Below, piece by piece: positions 1 through 10,313 of a DNA stretch of 32,000 bases (position 1 is its first letter; the number at the start of each line of letters is the position of its first letter). The DNA comes from Desulfobulbus propionicus DSM 2032 (lineage in GTDB: Bacteria; Desulfobacterota; Desulfobulbia; Desulfobulbales; Desulfobulbaceae), in assembly GCF_000186885.1 (NCBI RefSeq), contig NC_014972.1, positions 2,700,001 to 2,732,000 of the forward strand, written 5' to 3'. Under the pieces are notes generated by a model. The model did no database searches, was not told the DNA's origin, and was given only the letters and a program-made list of their open reading frames with translations. The translations under genes and the position numbers were made by a program.

Positions 1-434
1 TCATCACCGGCATTATCCTGTTTTTGGAAAATCGCAAAGCCAGAGGCGGCAAATATGCGGTTGAAACCAGTGCCGGTGGACGTACGCTTGGCTCCAAGAC
101 CATGCCCTACACTGGTGTGGCTATTTTTGTTTTCATCCTCATCCATCTGGCAAATTTCCACTTTGTCGAGAAAACCGAGGTGAAGACCATCTCTGACTTT
201 GTCACCGAAGTCCTGAACAACCCGTTTTTCACCCTTATTTACGGAGCAGGTATCTGCCTCCTCTTCATCCATATCAGCCACGGTTTCTGGTCACTGCTCC
301 AGACCTTTGGCATCAGCCATCCGAAATATGATTATCCGTTGCGTGTGATTACCTGGGCACTTGCGGGCATCATGGGCGGCGTCTTTTTGTTGATCACCTT
401 CTTGATGGTCATCTCCCGGAATCAATTGCTCTAA
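1..434 (+). CDS. sdhC: Succinate dehydrogenase/fumarate reductase cytochrome b membrane anchor (5' end lies outside the window)
   Basis: The frame is open from the window edge (frame of nt 3) to TAA at 432-434. The product is very hydrophobic, with His in predicted helices (LIHLANFHF, FIHISHGFW) as in b558-type dihaem anchors. It sits directly upstream of the flavoprotein and Fe-S subunit genes. The TTG at nt 24 in the ORF track is probably internal. Confidence 0.75.
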   Translation, partial: ITGIILFLENRKARGGKYAVETSAGGRTLGSKTMPYTGVAIFVFILIHLANFHFVEKTEVKTISDFVTEVLNNPFFTLIYGAGICLLFIHISHGFWSLLQTFGISHPKYDYPLRVITWALAGIMGGVFLLITFLMVISRNQLL

Positions 435-544
435 TTCAGTACATTTGACAGAGAGGACAGAAGGTTCCCCGAGAGCCATGAACTTGATGAGGAATCTTCC
501 CAACAAGCCTTATCCCCACTTAACCACAGCAAAAAGAAACGACT

Positions 545-2470
545 ATGCAGCTTGACGCAAAGATACCTGAAGGACCGATAGCCGAAAAATGGGACAAATG
601 CCGTTTTTCCAATAAACTCGTTAACCCTGCCAACAAACGCAAATACGAAGTTATTATCGTAGGAACCGGTCTGGCGGGCGCATCCGCCGCCGCGACGCTC
701 GGCGAACTGGGCTACAATGTCAAATCGTTCTGCATCCAGGATAGCCCCCGGCGCGCTCATTCCATCGCAGCCCAAGGTGGCATCAATGCCGCCAAGAACT
801 ATCAGGGTGATGGCGACTCGATTTTCCGTCTGTTCTATGACACGGTCAAGGGTGGCGACTTCCGCGCTCGCGAGGCCAACGTCTATCGCCTGGCTCAAGT
901 ATCCAACAACATTATTGACCAGTGCGTGGCCCAAGGCGTGCCCTTTGCCCGTGAATACGGTGGAACATTGGCCAACCGCTCTTTTGGTGGTGCCCAGGTT
1001 TCCCGTACCTTCTATGCCCGTGGTCAGACGGGGCAGCAGTTGCTCCTTGGCGCCTACACCGCCATGATGCGTCAGGTCGCCACCGGCAAGGTAAAAATGT
1101 ATACCCGTCGTGAAATGATGGATCTGGTTGTTGTTGACGGCGTTGCCAAGGGCATCATCGTTCGCAATCTGGTGACTGGCGAGATCGAGAAGTACTCGGC
1201 CCATGCGGTGGTGCTCGCCACCGGCGGATACGGCAATGTGTACTTCCTGTCCACCAACGCCATGGCCTCCAACGTCACCGCCGCTTACCGTTCCTATAAA
1301 CGTGGTGCTGGTTTCGCTAATCCTTGCTTTGTCCAGATTCACCCGACGTGTATTCCGGTCCATGGTGAGTTCCAGTCCAAATTGACCCTGATGAGCGAGA
1401 GTTTGCGCAACGATGGCCGGGTATGGGTTCCCAAGGCCAAAGGCGACAAACGGCACCCCAACGACATCCCTGAGGATGAACGTGATTACTACCTCGAGCG
1501 GAAATATCCGTCATTCGGTAACCTCGTTCCCCGCGACGTTGCCTCTCGTAACGCCAAGCAGGCTTGCGACGAAGGCCATGGTATCGGTGAGACCGGATTG
1601 GGTGTGTACCTTGATTTTGCCGATGCCATCAAGCGCGACGGTCTGGATGTGGTCATGAGAAAGTATGGAAACCTGTTCCATATGTACCAGAAAATCACTG
1701 ACAGCGATCCGACCAAAGAGCCGATGCAAATTTATCCGGCTATTCACTATACCATGGGCGGTCTCTGGGTCGACTATCACCTGATGACCACTGTCCCAGG
1801 TCTGTACGCCACCGGTGAGTGTAACTTCTCCGACCATGGAGCTAACCGCTTGGGTGCTTCCGCACTGATGCAAGGCTTGGCTGACGGGTATTTCGTCCTG
1901 CCCTACACGATCGGTAACTATCTAGCCACCGTTCCGCCGGTTCCGACCAATACCAACGATCCGGCCTTTGAGGCGGCGGCTAACGAAGTGAAAGATCAGA
2001 TCGCCAAGCTTCTGAAAAATACCAAGAGCGGTAAAGGTGGGCAGACCGTTGATCATTACCATAAAGAACTGGGTAAGATCATGTGGGATTACTGCGGCAT
2101 GGCTCGGAAAAAGGAAGGTCTTGAGTATGCCCTGAAGAGAATTCCCGAGATCCGCGCTGAATTCTGGGAGAACGTGGTTGTCCCCGGATCCGGTCAGGAA
2201 CTCAACCAATCCCTGGAGCGTGCCGGTCGTGTCGCTGATTTCCTCGAGTTCGGCGAACTTTTGGTGCGCGATGCACTCCAACGCGAGGAATCCTGCGGCG
2301 GTCACTTCAGAGAAGAAAGCCAGACAGAGGAAAACGAAGCCAAACGTGACGATGCAAACTTCAGCTATGTAGCCGTTTGGGAGTACAAAGGACAAGGAAC
2401 AGCCCCGGCGTTGCATAAAGAGCCGCTGACCTTTGAGTACGTCACTCCTTCACAGCGTAGCTACAAGTAA
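545..2470 (+). CDS. sdhA: Succinate dehydrogenase/fumarate reductase flavoprotein subunit
   Basis: 641 aa. N-terminal FAD Rossmann motif [28 protein letters not shown] contains the His used for covalent FAD attachment. A conserved HYTMGG and a C-terminal [10 protein letters not shown] are also present. Flanked by sdhC and sdhB. Confidence 0.95.
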   Translation: MQLDAKIPEGPIAEKWDKCRFSNKLVNPANKRKYEVIIVGTGLAGASAAATLGELGYNVKSFCIQDSPRRAHSIAAQGGINAAKNYQGDGDSIFRLFYDTVKGGDFRAREANVYRLAQVSNNIIDQCVAQGVPFAREYGGTLANRSFGGAQVSRTFYARGQTGQQLLLGAYTAMMRQVATGKVKMYTRREMMDLVVVDGVAKGIIVRNLVTGEIEKYSAHAVVLATGGYGNVYFLSTNAMASNVTAAYRSYKRGAGFANPCFVQIHPTCIPVHGEFQSKLTLMSESLRNDGRVWVPKAKGDKRHPNDIPEDERDYYLERKYPSFGNLVPRDVASRNAKQACDEGHGIGETGLGVYLDFADAIKRDGLDVVMRKYGNLFHMYQKITDSDPTKEPMQIYPAIHYTMGGLWVDYHLMTTVPGLYATGECNFSDHGANRLGASALMQGLADGYFVLPYTIGNYLATVPPVPTNTNDPAFEAAANEVKDQIAKLLKNTKSGKGGQTVDHYHKELGKIMWDYCGMARKKEGLEYALKRIPEIRAEFWENVVVPGSGQELNQSLERAGRVADFLEFGELLVRDALQREESCGGHFREESQTEENEAKRDDANFSYVAVWEYKGQGTAPALHKEPLTFEYVTPSQRSYK

Positions 2471-2538
2471 TGTAGATCTGTACACTTGTATAAACAGTTT
2501 CATCACTGAAGTCTAAAATACAACGCAGAAGAAAGCTC

Positions 2539-3303
2539 ATGTCATCGAAAACGATCAATATAATAGTAAAAATTTGGCGACAGAATGGTCCTCTGGCTCA
2601 AGGCGCTTTTGAGGAACATGCTCTCAAGGACATCAGCACCGACAGCTCCTTCCTGGAAATGATCGACGTGCTCAACGAATGGCTGACCATCAAAGGTCTG
2701 GAACCCATCGCCTTTGACCACGACTGCCGTGAGGGTATTTGCGGTATGTGCGGTGCGGTGGTCAATGGTACGGCTCACGGCCCTGACAAGGAAACCACCC
2801 TGTGCCAGCTGCACATGCGCCGCTTTAAAAACGGCGACACCATTGTCATCGAACCCTTCCGCTCTCAGGGGTTCCCGATTGTCAAGGATCTGATCGTCGA
2901 CCGCTCCGCCCTGGATCGGATTATTGCCGCTGGCGGCTATGTCTCGGTCAATACCGGCTCCCCCCAGGACGGCAACACCATTCTTATCCCGCAGCACGTG
3001 GCCGAGCAAGCCATGGATGCCGCAGCCTGCATTGGCTGCGGCGCCTGCGCAGCGGCATGTCCCAACGGAACCCCGATGCTCTTCCTCGGTGCAAAAGTTT
3101 CTCAGTTTGCCCTTCTGCCCCAAGGACAACTGGAAGCCAAAAAGCGGGCCATCAACATGGTTATGCAGATGGACAAGGAAGGTTTCGGTAACTGCGGCAA
3201 CGAGCGCGAGTGTGAAAATGTTTGCCCGAAAGGTATCACCATCCGCAATATTGCTCGCTTGAACAGAGAATTTCTCAAGGCATCGTTCACCATTGATCAC
3301 TGA
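2539..3303 (+). CDS. sdhB: Succinate dehydrogenase/fumarate reductase iron-sulfur subunit
   Basis: 254 aa with three Cys clusters: [10 protein letters not shown] (2Fe-2S), [12 protein letters not shown] (4Fe-4S) and CENVCPKGI (3Fe-4S). Confidence 0.95.
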   Translation: MSSKTINIIVKIWRQNGPLAQGAFEEHALKDISTDSSFLEMIDVLNEWLTIKGLEPIAFDHDCREGICGMCGAVVNGTAHGPDKETTLCQLHMRRFKNGDTIVIEPFRSQGFPIVKDLIVDRSALDRIIAAGGYVSVNTGSPQDGNTILIPQHVAEQAMDAAACIGCGACAAACPNGTPMLFLGAKVSQFALLPQGQLEAKKRAINMVMQMDKEGFGNCGNERECENVCPKGITIRNIARLNREFLKASFTIDH

Positions 3304-3349
3304 TCACCGAGCCGGCAAACGAGAGACCTCTCTACCTAACTGACTCAGG

Positions 3350-3390
3350 AAAAAGGAGATACCGCTCAGCGGTATCTCCTTTTTTTTTCT
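3350..3390 (+). terminator. Rho-independent terminator after sdhB
   Basis: Perfect 11-bp stem GGAGATACCGC (3355-3365) / GCGGTATCTCC (3369-3379) with a 3-nt loop, followed by a 9-T run (3380-3388). An A-run precedes the stem, so it could act in both directions. Confidence 0.85.
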
Positions 3391-3628
3391 TCACCCAGTG
3401 TGCGTCTTATCCCCCCGAGCAAGTTCGCTCTTTGCCTCTGTGACGCTCTTGTTCACGGCAAGGAAAATGATCCAACAACTTCCCCAGTCAGTCCTTCGCC
3501 CCCTCTCTGTGTTATTCTTCAAATTGCTCTTCAGCGGGAATCGTGCCTTGCATTCCAATCCCCGTGCGGTTTACTATCGCATTACTTTTTGAAAGCGACA
3601 CCCTTCCCTGAGTTCTTGCGGCAGGTTC

Positions 3629-5467
3629 ATGAAATCAATCCCTCGTATCAACTATTTCATAGCCCTATCAGTCTACCTGGTGGTCATTGCATGGAACATT
3701 TGGTGGACCTTTACGTGGCTCTATCATCAACGATTGCAGGATTTGGCCGAGGAAGGAGCCAGTCGACTCGAACTCTACATGACCTATCTCCAGGGCGTTC
3801 TCGAAAAATACGAACATCTGCCGGAACTCCTGGCCAATGACCGTATTTTGATCGACTTGCTCAATGGGCATCTCGGTGCCAACGAAATCGACTTTCTCAA
3901 TCAATACCTTGAAAAGATCAACCGCATCAGCCATGCCTCGGACACCTACCTCATGAACAGCGAAGGATTAACCATCGCTGCCAGCAATTGGCAGGAACCC
4001 GCCCCCTTTGTCGGACAAAATTTCAGCTACCGCCCATACTTTCAACAAGCGATGCAAGGCCGGCTCGGCAAATATTTTGCGCTAGGCAACACCTCGAGCG
4101 TACGGGGGTACTATTTTGCCTATCCTGTCCGCCACAAGGAAAAAATTCTTGGTGTCTTGAGCATTAAAATCAACATCGATACCGTGGAACACAACTGGGG
4201 GCGGGAAGAACAAACCTTTCTTGTCACCGATCCCGATGGAGTCATCTTTTTATCAACCAACCAGAACTGGCGGTTCCGAACGCTTGCCCCACTCACCGAG
4301 TCCGCTCATCAACGGATTACCGACAGCCGCAGGTATCCGAATGCCTCCTTGACCGCCTTGAAAATGTTCACCGAGGAAAGCAACGATTCAGGCAGGATTA
4401 TTCAACTCAGCACCTCGCCCCACGAAAAGACGCGGGAATACCTGCTCCAGACCAAAACCATGGAACAAGCGGGATGGAATGTTCATATTTTCACCGACAC
4501 CTGGAGAGTAGAGCGTTTTGTCTTTTTTGTCTTCATAGCAATGAATGCGGTGCTCGCCCTCAGCGTTTTGCTGAGTCTGCTCTTCAAACAACGACGTCAG
4601 CGGATCAATGACCTCAAATGTTTTGAAGAGCAATCGCGGAAGGTACTGCAAGAGGCCAATGAACGACTTGAAACCAGAGTCACTGAACGCACTCAAGAAT
4701 TGACGGAGGCCAACACCATGCTCCGCAAGGAGATTGAAGATCGCAAACGGATGGAAATCGCTCTGCGAAACACCCGGTCAGAACTCACCCATGCAGCAAA
4801 AATGGCCGCTCTTGGTCAAATGTCCGCGGGAATTAGCCATGAATTGAACCAACCGCTTGCCGCCATCCGTAGTTATTCCGACAATGGCCGTCTTTTTTTG
4901 GAGAAAGGACGGTTTGATGAAGCGATGTGGAACCTCGAACAGATCAGCGAGCTCACCGAGCGTATGGCCCAGATTGGCGTGCAGTTGCGACAATTTTCCC
5001 GTAAATCCAGCGGGCAGCTCAGCAAAGTCCCATTGCATGGAGTGATTGATGGTGCGCTGGAAATTCTTAATCCGATCCTTCGGAAATCCGATGTGTGGGT
5101 CAAGGTGGTCATTGACCCCCCTGAGCTCGATGTCCGTGCCAACCACGTTTTGTTGCAACAGGTCATCGTCAATTTGGTCAGCAATGCACTCCATGCGGTC
5201 GAAGGAATGCCGCACCAGGAAATCAAGATCCGAGGCTACCGCCAGGAAGGCAAGGTGTTGCTGAGCGTTGCCGACAGCGGGCCAGGCATTTCACCCGAAC
5301 ATCTACCCCACATTTTCGAGCCGTTCTACACCACCAAACAAAGCGGTCAGGGATTGGGACTCGGTTTGACCATCACCGAACGGATTCTCCATGAAATGAA
5401 CGGCGCAATTCGAGTCATGGAAAATAACGGCGGGGCGAAATTCGTGTGTACTCTTGAGGAAGCATAA
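3629..5467 (+). CDS. dctB: Sensor histidine kinase, DctB-like (periplasmic Cache-type sensor, two TM helices)
   Basis: 612 aa. TM1 is INYFIALSVYLVVIAWNIWW. About 270 aa of periplasmic region follows, then TM2 FVFFVFIAMNAVLALSVLLSLLF and a coiled coil. The H-box is GISHELNQPL and the G-box is SGQGLGLGL. The gene lies next to an NtrC-family regulator and a TRAP dctPQM cluster. C4-dicarboxylate specificity is inferred from this context. Confidence 0.8.
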   Translation: MKSIPRINYFIALSVYLVVIAWNIWWTFTWLYHQRLQDLAEEGASRLELYMTYLQGVLEKYEHLPELLANDRILIDLLNGHLGANEIDFLNQYLEKINRISHASDTYLMNSEGLTIAASNWQEPAPFVGQNFSYRPYFQQAMQGRLGKYFALGNTSSVRGYYFAYPVRHKEKILGVLSIKINIDTVEHNWGREEQTFLVTDPDGVIFLSTNQNWRFRTLAPLTESAHQRITDSRRYPNASLTALKMFTEESNDSGRIIQLSTSPHEKTREYLLQTKTMEQAGWNVHIFTDTWRVERFVFFVFIAMNAVLALSVLLSLLFKQRRQRINDLKCFEEQSRKVLQEANERLETRVTERTQELTEANTMLRKEIEDRKRMEIALRNTRSELTHAAKMAALGQMSAGISHELNQPLAAIRSYSDNGRLFLEKGRFDEAMWNLEQISELTERMAQIGVQLRQFSRKSSGQLSKVPLHGVIDGALEILNPILRKSDVWVKVVIDPPELDVRANHVLLQQVIVNLVSNALHAVEGMPHQEIKIRGYRQEGKVLLSVADSGPGISPEHLPHIFEPFYTTKQSGQGLGLGLTITERILHEMNGAIRVMENNGGAKFVCTLEEA

Positions 5468-5478
5468 CCAGACGCGAT

Positions 5479-6834
5479 ATGAACGTAAGCAACCAAGTTC
5501 TATTTATTGACGATGAAAGGCACATCCGCCAGGCCAACATGCAGACGCTTGAACTGGCTGATCTGGAAGTCCTGTGCTTCGAGGACGCGGAAAGTGCCTT
5601 GCCGCATCTTTCCATGGACTGGCCGGGGGTTGTGATTTGCGACATCCGCTTGCCGGCCATGAACGGTTTGGAATTTCTCCTGCAAACGCAAAAAATCGAC
5701 CGGGATCTACCGGTGATCCTGATCACCGGTCATGGCGACATCTCCACCGCTGTCCAGGCCATGCGCGACGGAGCCTACGACTTCATCGAAAAACCCTATT
5801 CCGCTGAACGTCTGGTCAAAACTGTCCAACGCGCTTTGGAAAAAAGAGCGCTTACCCTGGAAAACCGGGTTCTGCGCCAGGAACTTGAAGCACACAGCGC
5901 CCCAGGACCGCGAATCATCGGCAAGACACCGGCCATGGTGCAGCTGCGGGCCACCATTGCCCGGGTCGCCGACACCGGTGCGGATATTCTGATAGTCGGG
6001 GAAACCGGCACCGGCAAGGAACTGGTCGCCCGTTCCCTGCATGAACACAGCCAACGCCGGACCAAGAATTTTGTGGCGGTCAACTGCGGCGCCGTTCCTG
6101 AAAGCATTATTGAAAGCGAGCTGTTCGGGCATGAGGCAGGCGCATTCACCGATGCCAAGAAAACCAGGATCGGCAAATTCGAGTACGCGGATGGCGGCAC
6201 TCTGTTCCTTGACGAGATCGAGTCCATGCCGCTGCGCACGCAGGTCCACCTGTTGCGAGTTCTTCAGGAGCGGGTGCTCGAACGGCTTGGCTCCAATACC
6301 CTGATTCCCCTCGACGTGCGGGTGGTGGCCGCTTCCAAGATAGACCTCTTCCTGGCGGCTGAAGCAGGACAGTTTCGTGAGGATCTGTACTACCGGCTCA
6401 ACGTGGTTTGCTTGAAAATTCCACCCCTCCGCGCCCGTTTGGAGGACATCCCCCTCCTCTTTCATCATTTTCTCCTGGTCGCCGGCCATCGCTACCAGCA
6501 GGAGGCACCTCTCCCCACGTCCTCGCAGATGAATGCCCTGATGGCCTATAACTGGCCGGGCAACGTGCGGGAACTGCGGAATCTCGCCGAACGGTATGTG
6601 CTGCTGGGTAGTCAATATGGCTGGTCCCTTGACCAGCTGTTGTCGGGAACGGAAACGAAGCAGGAATACAGCCTCGCCAGACAGGTTGATGGCTTTGAAC
6701 GCGGCTTAATCGAACAGGCCTTGCTGGCCAGCAACGGCAGTATCAAGGATGTCATGGATGCCCTGGCCATTCCGCGCAAGACACTCTACGACAAGATGCG
6801 TAAATATGGCCTCGACAAGCGTGATTACAAGTAG
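5479..6834 (+). CDS. dctD: Sigma-54-dependent response regulator (NtrC/DctD family)
   Basis: 451 aa. REC domain (LFIDDE..., ICDIRLPAMNG). AAA+ domain with Walker A GETGTGKE, the sigma-54 contact loop GAFTDA and Walker B LFLDEI. C-terminal Fis-type HTH (IPRKTLYDKMRKYGL). Confidence 0.9.
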   Translation: MNVSNQVLFIDDERHIRQANMQTLELADLEVLCFEDAESALPHLSMDWPGVVICDIRLPAMNGLEFLLQTQKIDRDLPVILITGHGDISTAVQAMRDGAYDFIEKPYSAERLVKTVQRALEKRALTLENRVLRQELEAHSAPGPRIIGKTPAMVQLRATIARVADTGADILIVGETGTGKELVARSLHEHSQRRTKNFVAVNCGAVPESIIESELFGHEAGAFTDAKKTRIGKFEYADGGTLFLDEIESMPLRTQVHLLRVLQERVLERLGSNTLIPLDVRVVAASKIDLFLAAEAGQFREDLYYRLNVVCLKIPPLRARLEDIPLLFHHFLLVAGHRYQQEAPLPTSSQMNALMAYNWPGNVRELRNLAERYVLLGSQYGWSLDQLLSGTETKQEYSLARQVDGFERGLIEQALLASNGSIKDVMDALAIPRKTLYDKMRKYGLDKRDYK

Positions 6835-6923
6835 CGGCACGCGGGCCGCGCCCAGCGCTGACCCGCCGCCGCATTGATTCAATGATTGCCCCGGCGGCGA
6901 TGAGCGGCGCAAAAATTCACTGC

Positions 6924-6966
6924 CTGCTGGGGCAAAGAAGGCACACATGCTTCCTCGCCCCAGCAG
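6924..6966. terminator. Stem-loop between convergent dctD and dctM (possible terminator)
   Basis: Perfect 10-bp arms CTGCTGGGGC (6924-6933) / GCCCCAGCAG (6957-6966) with a 23-nt loop. There is no T-run, so function is uncertain. Confidence 0.3.
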
Positions 6967-6975
6967 CACAACATG

Positions 6976-8259
6976 TCACATCATCCCGAGCACCTTCGGC
7001 AGCCAGATCGACAGCGGCGGCCAATAGGTGACAATGACGAGGAACACGAGCATGGTCAGCAACCAGGGCCAGACCGCGACCGTCAACTCCGTGATCCCCA
7101 TCTTGGTGATGCCCGAGGCCACGTAGAGATTCAAACCGACAGGCGGATGGCACATGCCGACCTCCATGTTGACCGTCATCATGATGCCGAAATGCACCGG
7201 GTCGATCCCCAACTGCATCGAAACCGGGAAGAGAATGGGCGCGAAGATCAGCATGATCGACGAGGGCTCCATGAAGTTGCCCGCGGCCAGGAGTAGGATG
7301 TTGACCGCAAAAAGGAAGGCGATCTGCCCCAACCCCTTGTCGAGCAGCCAACCGGCCAGGAGCTGCGGAATGTTCTCGTTGGCCAGGATAAAGGAGAACA
7401 TGACGGCGTTGGTGATGATATAGAGCAACATTGCCGACATGTTGGCCGAATTGAGCAGCACCTTGGGCACATCTTTCATCCCCAGGTCCTTGTAAATGAA
7501 CACGGCCACGATACAGGAGTAGACCGCGCTCATCGCCGCCGCTTCCGTCGGGGTGAATATACCGCTGTAGATACCGCCCATGACTACGACGATCAGCATC
7601 AATCCCCACACAGACTCGCGAAAGGTCCGCAGTCGTTCGCCCCAGCTGGCCTTGGGCTGGCGCGGAAAGTTGAACTTCCTCGCCCGGTACCAGGTCAGGA
7701 TGCCGAGCATCGAAGCCAGCATGATGCCGGGAATGACGCCGGCCATGAACAAGGCGCCCACCGAGGTGTTGGTGGCCACCGAGTACATGACCATGACGAT
7801 GGACGGCGGGATGAGGATGCCCAGCGCTCCCGAGGTCGTGATGACACCGGCGCCAAACTGTTTGGGAAATCCGGCCTTGAGCATCCCTGGCAGCAGAATG
7901 GAGCCGATGGCCACCACCGTGGCAGGCGAAGAGCCGGAGACCGCGGCGAACAGGGCACAGGCCACAACGCCCGAAAGGGCGAGCCCGCCGTGCCAATGGC
8001 CCACCAGGGAGGTGGCAAAATTGATCATCCGCCGCGCCACTCCGCCATGGGTGAGAAAATTGCCGGCGAGAATGAAGAAGGGGATCGCCATGATCTCGAA
8101 TTTCTCGATACCGGTGAACAGTTTGAGGGCGACCGACTCCAGCGGGACCTGGGTCATGGTAAAGAGAAAAGTCAGTACCGTCAGACCCAACGAAATGGAA
8201 ATGGGCATGCCTGTCAGCATCAAAGCAAGCAGGATACCGAAAATTATGGCAGCGCTCAT
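6976..8259 (-). CDS. dctM: TRAP transporter large permease subunit
   Basis: 427 aa polytopic membrane protein with typical DctM length and composition. Its start overlaps the dctQ stop (ATGA at 8256-8259). Confidence 0.9.
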   Translation of the reverse strand: MSAAIIFGILLALMLTGMPISISLGLTVLTFLFTMTQVPLESVALKLFTGIEKFEIMAIPFFILAGNFLTHGGVARRMINFATSLVGHWHGGLALSGVVACALFAAVSGSSPATVVAIGSILLPGMLKAGFPKQFGAGVITTSGALGILIPPSIVMVMYSVATNTSVGALFMAGVIPGIMLASMLGILTWYRARKFNFPRQPKASWGERLRTFRESVWGLMLIVVVMGGIYSGIFTPTEAAAMSAVYSCIVAVFIYKDLGMKDVPKVLLNSANMSAMLLYIITNAVMFSFILANENIPQLLAGWLLDKGLGQIAFLFAVNILLLAAGNFMEPSSIMLIFAPILFPVSMQLGIDPVHFGIMMTVNMEVGMCHPPVGLNLYVASGITKMGITELTVAVWPWLLTMLVFLVIVTYWPPLSIWLPKVLGMM

Positions 8260-8948
8260 TGTGCATCCTCCTTGCCGTGGGTGGCCTTGGAGCCGCCTTC
8301 ACCTTTCTCATCCTGAAGGACAACCCGCAGCTCCAGCCGCTTACCCTCCAACGGTTTCTGCTCTTCCTCAATACCGTCCACATGCCCGTGGTCGTGGTGC
8401 GGCAGCTCACCGGTCCTGATGAAACTGACCATGACCTGCAGGAAGCGGAAACACATCAGCGCCGACCCAAAAGGTACCGCGCTGTAGACCACCCAAGTCG
8501 GCCATTCGAGGTCCGGGGTGGTCGGGCCTTCCGGCAGGCTGCCGGTTTCCAAGCCAAGCAGGTTGAAGACGGCATAGTGCATGCCGTTGTCCCAGATGAA
8601 GGTTCCGCCCAGCACCGTGACGATGGAGGTGAACAAGGCACCGGCGAACAAGCCGAAGACGATGAACTTGCCCCGGGTCGACCGTTCCATCTGATTGATG
8701 AGCACATCGACCCCCACATGGATGCCGGTCCGGACACCGTAGGCGGCGCCGAACTTGGCCATCCACACGAACATGATGATGCACAGCTCCTGGGCCCAGC
8801 CGAAATTGAGCCCCAGCAGCCAGTCCTGCACCACTGGAATGGGCCAGCCAGCGACATAGCGGTGCGCCACGGCAAGAAAGATGATCAGGGTCGCCCCTCC
8901 CATGAGGAAGGTAATGAGCCATTCCTCAAGGTGATTTAAGAATTTCAT
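8256..8948 (-). CDS. dctQ: TRAP transporter small permease subunit with a charged C-terminal extension
   Basis: Four hydrophobic helices lie between dctP and dctM. I prefer the ATG at 8948 (MKFLNHLEEW, with AGGA 10 nt upstream) to the TTG at 8966 used in the ORF track. It is translationally coupled to dctM. Confidence 0.85.
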   Translation of the reverse strand: MKFLNHLEEWLITFLMGGATLIIFLAVAHRYVAGWPIPVVQDWLLGLNFGWAQELCIIMFVWMAKFGAAYGVRTGIHVGVDVLINQMERSTRGKFIVFGLFAGALFTSIVTVLGGTFIWDNGMHYAVFNLLGLETGSLPEGPTTPDLEWPTWVVYSAVPFGSALMCFRFLQVMVSFIRTGELPHHDHGHVDGIEEEQKPLEGKRLELRVVLQDEKGEGGSKATHGKEDAQ

Positions 8949-9028
8949 TGATCCCGTGTCCTTCAAAACGATGGGAGGCGGAGGACATTCGCCCTCCGCC
9001 TCGAAATTTCATATCTTTCCGTCAAGCC

Positions 9029-10033
9029 CTATTTGGTGAACCCAACCGCCTTCTGGACGGCATCAACGGTCTCCTTGCCGATTCGGCTGGCCATTTTATC
9101 GTGCACCGGAACCAGCACCTTCTTGAAGGCTGCGCGCTCTTCCGGAGTCAACACGGTCACTTCGGTCTTGCCTGAAGCCTTGACCGACTCAAGATCCTTG
9201 TCGTTGGATTCCTTGGCGATCTTGTTGGCATACACGGTCGCCTCATTCATCGCTGTCTCCAACTGGCTGCGAATATCGGCCGGCAACTCTTCCCAGAATT
9301 TCTTGTTGACGATCACCGCGTATCCCAGATAACCGTGGTCGGTGATGGTCATATACTTCTGCACTTCGTGCATTTTCTGGGTGTAAAAATTGGAGATCGG
9401 GTTCTCGGTGCCATCGACAACCCCAGTCTGGAGGGCCTGATAGACCTCGGAAAAGGGCATAACCTGCGGAATCGCCTTCAAGGCACGCATCTGCTCTTCA
9501 AGCACCTTGGAGGACTGGATGCGGAGCTTTTTACCTTTCAGATCCCCGGGGGTTTTGATGGGGGTATTGGCGGAAAACGATTTAAACCCATTGTCCCAGT
9601 AGGCCAGTCCCTTGATCCCCTTGGGTTCCAGCTTGTCCAGCAACTGCCGGCCAACCGGACCGGTGGTGACCTTGTGGAGATCCTCGTACCCATTGAAGAT
9701 AAAGGGCAGATCAAAAACCTCGAAATCCTTCACGCCCAAGGGGCCGAATTTAGCCAACGAAGGAGCCAACATCTGGACGGCGCCGAGTTGCAGGGCCTCC
9801 ATCTCCTCTTTGTCTTTGTACAACTGACTGTTCGGATAGACCTCGACTTTCACCTTGCCCTGGGTGAGTTCCTCCGCCCGTTTCTTGAAGAACTCTGCGG
9901 CGTTGCCCTTGGGTGTGTCAACCGCGACCACGTGGCTGAATTTTATGACGATCGGTTCGGCAAATGCCGGAACGGCGCATAACATGGCTGAAATCGTCAA
10001 CATTCCAATTGCCTTGGCTACTGTCTGAAACAT
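9029..10033 (-). CDS. dctP: TRAP transporter periplasmic solute-binding subunit (DctP family)
   Basis: Signal peptide MFQTVAKAIGMLTISAMLCAVPAFA followed by a DctP-like body (IKFSHVVAVDTPKG..., YWDNGF). The start is placed at the ATG at 10033, 6 nt downstream of GAGGAGG. The track ORF extends further upstream to 10102. Confidence 0.9.
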   Translation of the reverse strand: MFQTVAKAIGMLTISAMLCAVPAFAEPIVIKFSHVVAVDTPKGNAAEFFKKRAEELTQGKVKVEVYPNSQLYKDKEEMEALQLGAVQMLAPSLAKFGPLGVKDFEVFDLPFIFNGYEDLHKVTTGPVGRQLLDKLEPKGIKGLAYWDNGFKSFSANTPIKTPGDLKGKKLRIQSSKVLEEQMRALKAIPQVMPFSEVYQALQTGVVDGTENPISNFYTQKMHEVQKYMTITDHGYLGYAVIVNKKFWEELPADIRSQLETAMNEATVYANKIAKESNDKDLESVKASGKTEVTVLTPEERAAFKKVLVPVHDKMASRIGKETVDAVQKAVGFTK

Positions 10034-10138
10034 GCTCATCCTCCTCTTTGTTGATCGGTTACCTTGCTGTGTTGTCCCACGCGTGGACATCCCCCACACC
10101 AAGCAAGCTGACCCGTTGCACCAGCTCGTTTCTTTCCT

Positions 10139-10154
10139 AGCAAAATAAGGACCA
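10139..10154 (-). promoter_or_regulatory. Sigma-54 (-24/-12) promoter upstream of dctP
   Basis: The - strand reads TGGTCC-TTATT-TTGCT, with GG and GC at exactly the consensus spacing (TGGCAC-N5-TTGCW). It lies about 105 nt upstream of the dctP ATG, and a sigma-54 activator gene is in the same locus. Confidence 0.65.
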
Positions 10155-10230
10155 CAATGAAGCGCGATATGAGCGGCTCAGAGGTCCGTTTGATAACGGC
10201 ATTTTTTTCCTCTGCTCTTTTTCGATCGGC

Positions 10231-10270
10231 GGATTCCCGCCATTTCGCCCCTCTTACATGCGGGAAATCC
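10231..10270. promoter_or_regulatory. Imperfect inverted repeat, candidate enhancer (UAS) for the sigma-54 activator
   Basis: GGATTCCCGC (10231-10240) - N19 - GCGGGAAATCC (10260-10270), with one extra base in the right arm. It lies about 80-115 bp upstream of the sigma-54 promoter element. Confidence 0.3.
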
Positions 10271-10313
10271 ACCCAATCACCACGCGCCGGCGTACTATTC
10301 AAAAACTTCACTC

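Noticed and set aside
431-1456. 341-aa ORF on the - strand
   Set aside because: It is entirely antisense to the well-supported sdhA gene. Its composition is Gly/Val/His-rich with no recognisable motifs, which is typical of a shadow ORF in GC-rich coding DNA. The 2542-3300 (-) ORF opposite sdhB is rejected for the same reason.
3527-3560. GGGAATCGTGCCTTGCATTCC upstream of dctB: a sigma-54-like TTGCA and a GGAAT/ATTCC inverted repeat
   Set aside because: The GG-to-GC spacing is off by one and the -24 box is not TGGCAC-like. The repeat arms are only 5 bp.
3400-3840. 146-aa + strand ORF overlapping the dctB start
   Set aside because: It runs through the sdhB terminator-proximal spacer and out of frame into the dctB N-terminus. 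It has no RBS and no motifs.
5707-6615. 302-aa ORF antisense to the sigma-54 regulator gene
   Set aside because: The opposite strand carries complete REC, AAA+ and HTH motifs. This ORF has no motifs and no RBS.
6917-8410. 497-aa ORF on the - strand, plus the 7580-8419 (+) and 8259-8939 (+) ORFs
   Set aside because: These are alternative-frame or antisense readings of dctM and dctQ. Their products are Arg/His/Gly/Pro-rich and non-membrane, whereas the chosen frames give textbook TRAP permeases with coupled start and stop codons.
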